This document shows, one piece after another, positions 8,146 through 15,806 of a stretch of DNA of 56,536 nt. This DNA comes from Candidatus Indicimonas acetifermentans (GTDB taxonomy: Bacteria > Gemmatimonadota > Gemmatimonadetes > Palauibacterales > KS3-K002). The stretch lies in contig CANPVX010000003.1 of NCBI GenBank assembly GCA_947581815.1, positions 1-56,536 on the forward strand, read 5' to 3'. Position 1 is the first letter of the stretch. The number at the start of each line of letters is the position of its first letter. A model generated the notes under the pieces. The model searched no databases. It saw only the letters and a list, made by a program, of their open reading frames with translations, and had not been told where the DNA came from. The translations under genes were made by a program, and so were the position numbers.

Positions 8146-8214
8146 GGGGGGCGGGAGCGGGGGCCGGGGCAAGGGGCGTCGTCGAGGCGCCTCAAAGCAG
8201 GCGAGGAAAGTATC

Positions 8215-10089
8215 ATGCCCGATTTTCGAGCGTTGCTGGAGTCCGGCGGGGCTCATCTGGTCGATGGGGCGATCGGCACCGAGCTTTATCGGCGAGGAGT
8301 GTTCATCAACGTCTGCTACGACGAGCTGAATCTCAAACGACCCCGGCTGGTGCAAGAGGTTCACGGCGCCTACGTGGACGCCGGGGCCGAGATTCTGGAG
8401 ACGAACACTTTCGGCGGCAATCGGGTTCGCTTGAGCCAGTTCGGTCAGGCGGATCGTGTCAGCGATATCAATCGAGCTGGCGCCGCGATCGCCAGAGAGG
8501 TCGCAGGCGATGACCTGTTCGTCGCGGGCTCCATCGGCCCGCTCGGGATTCGCATCGAGCCTTACGGCCCCACTTCGCTGGATGAAGCTCGAGCGATGTT
8601 CCGCGAGCAGGCGGAGGCGTTAGCCGAAGGCGGAGCCGACCTTTTCATCATCGAGACTTTCAGCGATCTGGCGGAGATCGAGCAGGCGATCCTCGGCTGT
8701 AGGGAGGCGGCCGATCTGCCGGTCATCGCACAGATGACGGTTCGTACTGACGGCAATACGGCCTACGGGTCGGACCCGGCCAAGATCGCGCGCCGCCTGG
8801 ACGAGTTGGGGGCCGACGTGGTCGGCCTCAACTGCAGCGTCGGACCCCATATCATCCTCGAGGCCATCCAGGCGATGGCCAAAGTCACGAGCCTTCCGCT
8901 CTCTGCTCTGCCCAACGCGGGGCTGCCGCGCGAGATCGACGGCCGGAAGATCTACATGGCGTCGCCGGACTATTTCGCGAAGTTCACGCGTCGCCTCGTG
9001 CAGGCAGGAGTGCGCTTCGTTGGCGGCTGCTGCGGCACGACGCCCGAACACACTCGGGCGATGGCAGATCAGCTACGGGCGTTGTCGCCCAAGCACCGAG
9101 CTGTGGTTACACCGGTCCAGGGCGCGGGGCGGCGGTCCGCGGAGCCGGCGCTCGAGCCGGTACCGACACCCGAGCGATCGAGGGTGGCGCGGATGATCAG
9201 CGATGGAGAGCTGGTGACGAGCGTGGAGATACTGCCGCCCAAGGGATCCGATCCGGGCGGCATCCTCGAGCAGGCGCGAAAGCTCGAGGCGGCCGGGGTC
9301 GACGCGGTCAACGTCCCGGATGGACCCCGAGCCATGATGCGGATGGGCGTGCTGGCCAGCTGCGCCATCGTGGAGAACGAGTTGGGACTCGAGACGATCG
9401 CTCACTACTGTTGCCGCGACCGCAACCTGCTGGGAATGATGAGCGATCTGCTGGGGGCCCAGGCGCTTGGGCTGCGCAACTTGCTCATCGTAACGGGTGA
9501 TCCCCCGAAGATGGGGCCCTACCCGGACTCCACAGCGGTCTTCGACATCGACTCGATCGGCTTGACGAACCTCGTACGCAACTTGAACGAGGGTTTGGAC
9601 CCTGGCGGCAACGCGATCGGCTCGGCCACTAGCTTTTACATAGGTGTGGGTGTGAACCCGGCCGCCGTAGATCCGAGCCACGAGATTGTTCGCTTCGAGT
9701 GGAAGGTGGACGCCGGCGCTCAGTACGCGGTCACGCAGCCGTTATTCGAGATCCCACGGTTCCTCGAGTTCCTAGACCGTATCGAGCACGTGCGGATTCC
9801 CATCATCGCCGCGGTGTGGCCGCTCGTGTCCTACCGGAACGCCGAGTTTCTCAACAACGAAGTTCCTGGGATCGACGTGCCGGGTGAGATTCTCGAGCGC
9901 ATGCGCTCCGCCAGCGAGAAGGGCAAAGAAGCCGGCATGGCCGAAGGGTTGGCCATCGCTCGGGAGATGGTGAGCGAGATCCAGGAACATGTAGAGGGTA
10001 TTCAGGTGAGCGCGCCGTTAGGGAAAGTCGATTTCGCCCTCGGGGTGTTCGAGGCGCTCGACGACTGGTCTCGGCGCGGGGGCCAGTAG
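8215..10089 (+). CDS. Bifunctional homocysteine S-methyltransferase / 5,10-methylenetetrahydrofolate reductase (YitJ-like)
   Basis: The N-terminal Hcy-binding domain has LDGAIGTELYRRG, ILETNTFG and the C-terminal Cys pair GGCCGTTPEH. It is followed by an MTHFR domain (VEILPPKG..., CCRDRN, LLIVTGDPP). AGGAAAG lies upstream of ATG 8215. Confidence 0.9.
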   Translation: MPDFRALLESGGAHLVDGAIGTELYRRGVFINVCYDELNLKRPRLVQEVHGAYVDAGAEILETNTFGGNRVRLSQFGQADRVSDINRAGAAIAREVAGDDLFVAGSIGPLGIRIEPYGPTSLDEARAMFREQAEALAEGGADLFIIETFSDLAEIEQAILGCREAADLPVIAQMTVRTDGNTAYGSDPAKIARRLDELGADVVGLNCSVGPHIILEAIQAMAKVTSLPLSALPNAGLPREIDGRKIYMASPDYFAKFTRRLVQAGVRFVGGCCGTTPEHTRAMADQLRALSPKHRAVVTPVQGAGRRSAEPALEPVPTPERSRVARMISDGELVTSVEILPPKGSDPGGILEQARKLEAAGVDAVNVPDGPRAMMRMGVLASCAIVENELGLETIAHYCCRDRNLLGMMSDLLGAQALGLRNLLIVTGDPPKMGPYPDSTAVFDIDSIGLTNLVRNLNEGLDPGGNAIGSATSFYIGVGVNPAAVDPSHEIVRFEWKVDAGAQYAVTQPLFEIPRFLEFLDRIEHVRIPIIAAVWPLVSYRNAEFLNNEVPGIDVPGEILERMRSASEKGKEAGMAEGLAIAREMVSEIQEHVEGIQVSAPLGKVDFALGVFEALDDWSRRGGQ

Positions 10090-10136
10090 CGATCGGAAGT
10101 GGTGAACGTAGCACGTGGCACAAAATGGGCGGCCGC

Positions 10137-10322
10137 TCATGGTTCCAAGAGGCTGAGCAGCGACAGCAGGAAGGCGGACGCCGCCACCACCGCCACCAGA
10201 ATCGTCCACTTGGCCGCGACCGATAGCCGGGAATCGCGATCCAAGACGATCCCCACTCGCGTCGCGATGAGCACGACGACACCGGCGAGCAGGAGGTTCC
10301 AGAAGAATCGAAACGTTGTCAT
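10137..10322 (-). CDS. Small membrane protein (two predicted TM helices), unknown function
   Basis: Internal ATG of ORF 10137..10418. The 61-aa product MTTFRFFWNLLLAGVVVLIAT...WTILVAVVAASAFLLSLL is clearly hydrophobic. No family was recognised. Confidence 0.4.
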   Translation of the reverse strand: MTTFRFFWNLLLAGVVVLIATRVGIVLDRDSRLSVAAKWTILVAVVAASAFLLSLLSLLEP

Positions 10323-10399
10323 TCGTGGGGGCGAAGTAGGGCGGCGCAAGTTTGTCCGCCGATTGATAATAGGCGTGGTCGCAGGGTGGCGACAGGAGC

Positions 10400-11374
10400 G
10401 TGTCAACTTTACCTTCAACGATGCCCTCTAAGTACGCCAGCGCCGATCTCTCGAAAGCGCGCACGATACCATTCGCCAAACGGAAGAATAAGGTCTCGAT
10501 CGAGCAGTTCGCTTCCATCCCGGATTGGGAAGGGATCGAGGCGGACCCGCTCAGCGGACTGCCCGACCTTCTAGCGGCCCGCGATCTGCGCGCAGTGGCC
10601 GATGCGATCGCTGGCGCCCACAAGAACGGTCGCGCGATCGTGTTCATGCTGGGAGGGCACGTGGTCAAGACCGGCTGCTCGCCGCTGCTGGTAGACCTGA
10701 TCGAGCGACGGGTGATCACTCACCTCGTGCTGAACGGTGCCACGGCGATCCACGACTACGAGATTGCCCGCTTCGGCCAGACTTCCGAGGACGTGGCCGA
10801 GAATCTGGCGGATGCCACGTTCGGCATGGTCGATGAGACGGGCCTCGAGATGAACGCCGCCTTCCAGCGCGGTGTGGAAGAGGGCTGGGGCATGGGTGAA
10901 GCGCTAGCGCGCTCGCTGATCGACGGCAACGCCGCCAACGCCGAGCTCAGCCTCATGGTGGCTGCCCACGAATCCGATGCGCCGGTTACAGTGCATGTGG
11001 CCATCGGCGCCGACATCATCCATCAGCACCCCAGCTGCCGGGGCGCCGCCATCGGTGAGACTTCGTACCGGGACTTCCGGATCTTGGTGGAATCGCTGAA
11101 GAGACTCGGCGCCGGCGGCGTCGTGGTCAACGTCGGCTCGGCCGTCATCCTCCCCGAGGTCTTTCTGAAGGCTTTGACCCTGGCGCGGAACCTCGGTGAG
11201 GACGTCGACGACTTCACCGCGGTCAACCTCGACATGATTCGCCACTACCGACCGGAGGTGAACGTCATCGGCCGACCGGTCCAGAGCGGTGGCCAAGGAA
11301 TTAACCTGATCGGCCACCACGAGATCATGATCCCGCTGCTCTACCGCGCGGTGGCTTGGCGGCTCGGCAGCTAG
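10400..11374 (+). CDS. Conserved hypothetical protein, possibly a deoxyhypusine-synthase-like (DHS-like NAD-binding) fold
   Basis: 324-aa ORF with good coding character. The segment IVFMLGGHVVKTGCSPLLVDLIERRVITHLVLNGATAIHDYE recalls the DHS family layout. The start is GTG 10400 or ATG 10421. Confidence 0.6.
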   Translation: MSTLPSTMPSKYASADLSKARTIPFAKRKNKVSIEQFASIPDWEGIEADPLSGLPDLLAARDLRAVADAIAGAHKNGRAIVFMLGGHVVKTGCSPLLVDLIERRVITHLVLNGATAIHDYEIARFGQTSEDVAENLADATFGMVDETGLEMNAAFQRGVEEGWGMGEALARSLIDGNAANAELSLMVAAHESDAPVTVHVAIGADIIHQHPSCRGAAIGETSYRDFRILVESLKRLGAGGVVVNVGSAVILPEVFLKALTLARNLGEDVDDFTAVNLDMIRHYRPEVNVIGRPVQSGGQGINLIGHHEIMIPLLYRAVAWRLGS

Positions 11375-11377
11375 TCT

Positions 11378-12238
11378 TTACCCGGTCTCGGCGTAGTATC
11401 TGTAAACCGTCCGCAGGTTCATCTTGAACCAATTGTCGTAGCCGCCCCAATCGGAGTAGGCGGGCAGGTCGATCGCCTCGACGGCCTCCTCTTCCGACAT
11501 GCCGGCCGCGAGCGCGGCCTCCACAGCGCCTCTGAGGTCGGTCCAGTAGTTGATCTGGTCGTAGACGTCGGCTTTCGTGCCCGGAGCGCCATGGCCGAAG
11601 ACGGCGGTTTGATAGTCTAACTCCTGCAACCGCTCGAGCGACTCCCAGAGGGCCGGAAAATAGTAGCCTGGCAGGTCCCGATAGCCCACGCGGTCGTTCG
11701 AGACGAAGTCCACGGCGAAGACGATGCCCTGGTCGGGCAGATGGGCCACGACCGAGTTGTTGCTGTGGTTGGGGCCGAGGTAAACGAGGTGGATCGTCTT
11801 CGATCCCATGTAGAGAGTCATTTCATCGGTGAAGGTGCGGTTGGGCAGTGCGATATCGGGGTTCGGCTCGGCCGCCAGCTGTTCGCGCGCCAGGGCCTGA
11901 GAGATGATCGGGACGTTCGTCGCCAGCGCCGCGGCTCCGCTGACGTGGTCGCCGTGGTGATGACTGTACACGATAGCCCGAATCGGGTCTGAGGTGATCT
12001 GGCGGATCTCCTCGCGATAGATACGCGCCGCTTCGGGGTTGATGGGGTCGAAGACCACTACGCCCTCATCGGTGAGGACGAACATCGAATTGTGGACCTG
12101 GTAGCGAAACATGTAAACGCCGTCGGCGATCCGGGTGGTCTCGTACTCCGGCTGTTGCGCGGCGGCAGCCCTCGACGGCAAGCTGGGCGTAGCGGCCAGG
12201 GTACAGACGGCTAGTGCAGCGGCGAAGCGGCTCGTCAT
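11378..12238 (-). CDS. Secreted MBL-fold metallo-hydrolase
   Basis: Signal peptide, HHHGDH metal motif, and later His/Asp ligands (FGHG). Confidence 0.85.
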   Translation of the reverse strand: MTSRFAAALAVCTLAATPSLPSRAAAAQQPEYETTRIADGVYMFRYQVHNSMFVLTDEGVVVFDPINPEAARIYREEIRQITSDPIRAIVYSHHHGDHVSGAAALATNVPIISQALAREQLAAEPNPDIALPNRTFTDEMTLYMGSKTIHLVYLGPNHSNNSVVAHLPDQGIVFAVDFVSNDRVGYRDLPGYYFPALWESLERLQELDYQTAVFGHGAPGTKADVYDQINYWTDLRGAVEAALAAGMSEEEAVEAIDLPAYSDWGGYDNWFKMNLRTVYRYYAETG

Positions 12239-12286
12239 CTCGATTTCTCCCGCGCTCGAGTTATTCTGCTGGTGAAGGGCTGAAGA

Positions 12287-12309
12287 ATATCCTTATACTT
12301 ATAGGATAT
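12287..12309. promoter_or_regulatory. Inverted repeat ATATCCT-N9-AGGATAT with internal tandem CTTATA CTTATA (candidate operator in a divergent promoter)
   Basis: Seen in the AT-rich 185-nt gap between the divergent MBL hydrolase and M61 peptidase genes. Confidence 0.2.
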
Positions 12310-12444
12310 GCAATGGAATGCGCTGTGTTGTCGGATGGCGCCCTGGCGCTGCCTTGCGTGAGGAGACTGGATAATCGCAACGGGAGATGACGATGGTGAG
12401 AGGCGAACTTAGAGCTAACCTAAATGATGGAGATCAGATCTAGT

Positions 12445-14247
12445 ATGAGAATAATTGCCGCAGCGCTTGTGTTCTCGGGTCTCGTTACGCAGGCGAGCAT
12501 GGCGAAGGACCCGGTCCGTTACACGGTGAGGGTCGAGGAGCCTTCGAGCGGTATATACAAAGTGGCGGCAGAATTTCCTGCCACCGGTGACGACACCTAT
12601 CTGTCGCTTCCGTCGTGGACTCCGGGCCATTACACCCTCGAGAACTACGCCCGCCATGTGGGGCGCTTCGAGGCCGTCGATGCGGAGGATGGTCGCGCGC
12701 TGCGCTGGGACAAGACCGATGCTGATTCGTGGAGGGTCGTCTCGAGCGGAACGTCTCGCATCCGTGTGAGCTTCGAGTTCAGCGCCGACACGCTCAACCT
12801 CAGTGGTAGCCTGCTGCACGACGACTTCGGCTTCTTCAACGGAACGAACCTCTTCCTCTATCCGGAGACGGGTTACGATTTCGAATCCGAGGTGACGTTC
12901 GAGCTACCGGAGGGCTGGTTAATCGCGACCGAGCTGCAGGAGACCAAGCTTCCGAACGTGTACAGGGCGATCGACTATCACGAGCTGGTCGACAACCCGA
13001 CCTTCTTGGGGCATTTCGCCATCGACAGCACTCTCGCCGACGGAATCTGGGTGCGGCTCGCCGTATACCCGGGGTCTTACATGAGAGAGCCCGCCCGCAC
13101 GATGGCCCTCGATGCGCTGGAGAAGATAGCCGAATCGCTGCACGAGCTGTTCGGCGACCCACCATACGATCGGTACACGACGTTGATCTACCTGGCCGAA
13201 GGGATCCCCTACCTGGCCGGACTCGAGCACAGCAACTCGCATTTCGATGTGCTGCCGACAGTCGCCTTCGAACAGCCGCGCCTCCTGTTCACGGGCTTCA
13301 TCTACCGGCTTCTGTCGCACGAGTACTATCACGCCTGGAACGTGAAGCGCATCCGGCCAGCCGGTATGTGGCCCTACGCCTACGATCGACAGCAGTTCAC
13401 GCCGCTTCTCTGGGTCTCCGAGGGGATCACCGACTACTACGCGCAGCTGATTTTAGTCCGAACGGGAATCTGGCCAGGAGCCCTTCTCTGGCGATCGTTC
13501 GAGGACGCGATCGGCAATGTGGAGTCGCAACCAGTCCACGAGGCTGTGGAGGACGCGAGCCTCAACACATGGATAGACCCGACGTTCATTCCACAGGACT
13601 ACTACTATGACAAGGGCGCGCTGCTGGGTCTACTCCTCGATATTCGGATCCGGGACGCCACCGACAATCGCCACAGTCTGGATGATGTGATGGCCAGGCT
13701 GTATCGCGAGCATTTCCTCGAAGGAAGCGGTTTCACCACCGAGGACTTCATCGGCTACGTGGCGGAGTATGTCGGCGAGGAGGCGAGCTGGAGCTTCTAT
13801 CGAGATTACGTTGACGGCCGGCAGCCGCTTCCTTTCCAGCAGACGCTGGCGCTCGCTGGTCTGCGCTTCGAGTCCGATACGATCACCGAGCCGTTCCTCG
13901 GCGTGGCCGTGGCAGCCACCCGCGATGGAGGTACACGGATCACAACGGTGCAGCCGGGGAGCGCCGCGGCACGGGCGGGCTTGCAGCCCGGTGACATTCT
14001 GGAAAGCGTCGGCGAAGTGGAAGTGACCGACGAGGATTGGGGATCGCAGTTTCGCGAAGTGTACACGGGGGCCGAGGGGATGCGCGTACCGGTGAAGTAC
14101 GAGCGCGACGGCCAGCCCGAGTCGTCGTGGACCACCATCGGCAGCCGAACGCGGTACGTCCATCGCATCCAGCCGGAGCGCGGCGCCAGCCCGGGGCAGC
14201 TGAGGATCAGGGAAGGGTTATTGACGGGCGAGACCGAAGCCGGTTAG
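12445..14247 (+). CDS. M61 family (glycyl aminopeptidase-like) metallopeptidase with a C-terminal PDZ domain
   Basis: LSHEYYHAWNVKRIRP zinc motif and WVSEGITDYY. The PDZ-like segment is ITTVQPGSAAARAGLQPGDILESVG. A signal peptide starts at ATG 12445, and the ORF extends up to 12424. Confidence 0.85.
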   Translation: MRIIAAALVFSGLVTQASMAKDPVRYTVRVEEPSSGIYKVAAEFPATGDDTYLSLPSWTPGHYTLENYARHVGRFEAVDAEDGRALRWDKTDADSWRVVSSGTSRIRVSFEFSADTLNLSGSLLHDDFGFFNGTNLFLYPETGYDFESEVTFELPEGWLIATELQETKLPNVYRAIDYHELVDNPTFLGHFAIDSTLADGIWVRLAVYPGSYMREPARTMALDALEKIAESLHELFGDPPYDRYTTLIYLAEGIPYLAGLEHSNSHFDVLPTVAFEQPRLLFTGFIYRLLSHEYYHAWNVKRIRPAGMWPYAYDRQQFTPLLWVSEGITDYYAQLILVRTGIWPGALLWRSFEDAIGNVESQPVHEAVEDASLNTWIDPTFIPQDYYYDKGALLGLLLDIRIRDATDNRHSLDDVMARLYREHFLEGSGFTTEDFIGYVAEYVGEEASWSFYRDYVDGRQPLPFQQTLALAGLRFESDTITEPFLGVAVAATRDGGTRITTVQPGSAAARAGLQPGDILESVGEVEVTDEDWGSQFREVYTGAEGMRVPVKYERDGQPESSWTTIGSRTRYVHRIQPERGASPGQLRIREGLLTGETEAG

Positions 14248-15788
14248 AGGGCGAAAGCGGCGATTACCGTGTAGAGCACCGCCGCGAGGCCGGCCGCGGT
14301 GAGCGCGAGAGGGATCTGAGTGTAGACGTGGTCCATCAGATCCGAGCCCGTGGCGAGCGATGAGAGGATCGTCGTATCGGAGATCGGCGAGCACTGGTCG
14401 CCGAAGACGGCGCCCCCGAGCACGGAGCCGAAGCACAGCGTAAGGAAAAACGGTTCTGGATGGATCGCCCAGGCCAGCGGCATCGCGACGGGGAACACGA
14501 CGGCGTAGGTCCCCCAAGACGTCCCCGTGGAGAACGCGATCACCATACAGAGGACCAAGAGGAGGGCCGGCAGGATCACGGGTGTGATGAATCCCGAAGT
14601 TACGTCGATGAGATAGGGAGCCGTGCCCACTGAGTCGGCCACGGCCTTGAGTGTGACGGCCAATGCCAGAACGAGCGCGCCGATCGTCACGCCTTTGCAC
14701 CCGTCTACGACGGCGCCGATGACTTCACGCAGCGGCATCCCCTTGACGAGAGCGATCGCGACCCCCGCTATGACCGCGAGCATGAACGCCTCGGCGATGG
14801 GGAAGGCAGGATCTTCGGAGCCCCTTATCCAGTACGTGAATACGTAAGGGATGATCGCTACGCCCAGCAGCACTCCGATGGGCCCGAAGAAATCGATCAG
14901 TCCGCTCTTGTAACCTTCCGCGACGCGTATAACCGTTAGCTCTTTGGATGTGAGCGGCTCGGCGCCGTCCCGGTCCAGCTTTCCGGAAGTACGGGCCCGG
15001 CGGATCGCGTCGGACATCCTGCGCCCTACGACCAGCGGCACCCGCTCCCAAAGGTTGCCCGGCATAAAGGGTAATCGTTCGAGGGCGAACAATAGCGTGA
15101 AGAGCACGGCGAAGATGGCGTAAAAGTTTAGGGGCAGCGCTTTGAAGAAGAATTCGATGCCTTCACCCGTCGTTTGTATCATGGGGACCGTGCCGACGAC
15201 CAGGCTGGCGACGTAGATGGGCCAGACGTTGAAGGGGATGATAGTGGCGGCCGGCGAAGCGGTGGAGTCCACTATGTATGAGAGCTCTTCGTGGGATACG
15301 CGATAGCGGTCGGTGATCGGGCGCACCGTCGTTCCGGTCAGCACGGTGCTTATCGTACCTCCCTGATGGAATACGATACCCATGAGCCAGCCGAAAAACT
15401 TTGCCGACCGGGGCCCTCGGACTATCCGCTGCCCCGCCCATTCGGAAAAAGTCTGGGCGCCACCCGTTCGCGTCCACAGCCCGATCAGCCCGCCGAGCGC
15501 CCACAGATAGACCAGCAGGATGATCGCGAAGCTCTCGCTTCCGATCGACGGGATGAGGTACTCCTGCACGATGTTGAGCTTACCCGAGATGATCCCGCCC
15601 AGCACGATGCCGACGAACAGAGAGCTGATCACCTCGCGCGTCAGAAACGCGAGGACGATGGCTACCGCTGGCGGAACGATCGACCAGAAGCCGTAGTGGT
15701 CGCCTTGTGAGGGTATGCTACCCGTGGCGAGCACGGCGACCACTACGAGTAAAGCGGCGATGAGAATCCGCGTGCGAACCGTGATCAT
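14244..15788 (-). CDS. nhaC: Na+/H+ antiporter NhaC family transporter
   Basis: 514-aa polytopic membrane protein with NhaC-type repeats. It converges on the M61 gene with a 4-nt overlap. Confidence 0.8.
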   Translation of the reverse strand: MITVRTRILIAALLVVVAVLATGSIPSQGDHYGFWSIVPPAVAIVLAFLTREVISSLFVGIVLGGIISGKLNIVQEYLIPSIGSESFAIILLVYLWALGGLIGLWTRTGGAQTFSEWAGQRIVRGPRSAKFFGWLMGIVFHQGGTISTVLTGTTVRPITDRYRVSHEELSYIVDSTASPAATIIPFNVWPIYVASLVVGTVPMIQTTGEGIEFFFKALPLNFYAIFAVLFTLLFALERLPFMPGNLWERVPLVVGRRMSDAIRRARTSGKLDRDGAEPLTSKELTVIRVAEGYKSGLIDFFGPIGVLLGVAIIPYVFTYWIRGSEDPAFPIAEAFMLAVIAGVAIALVKGMPLREVIGAVVDGCKGVTIGALVLALAVTLKAVADSVGTAPYLIDVTSGFITPVILPALLLVLCMVIAFSTGTSWGTYAVVFPVAMPLAWAIHPEPFFLTLCFGSVLGGAVFGDQCSPISDTTILSSLATGSDLMDHVYTQIPLALTAAGLAAVLYTVIAAFAL

Positions 15789-15806
15789 GAACGACTCCCG
15801 CTTCAG

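Noticed and set aside
8005-8364. 119-aa minus-strand ORF and several plus-strand ORFs (8092.., 8100.., 8123..) covering the yitJ-like leader.
   Set aside because: The region contains a clean intrinsic terminator and structured elements. The real gene start (ATG 8215 with an upstream AGGAAAG) matches the family N-terminus, and the upstream extensions are Gly/Arg low-complexity.
10018-10719. 233-aa minus-strand ORF spanning the end of the yitJ-like gene, the small membrane ORF and the start of the DHS-like gene.
   Set aside because: It overlaps three better-supported models, is Arg/Ser/Ala-rich, and shows no recognisable motif.
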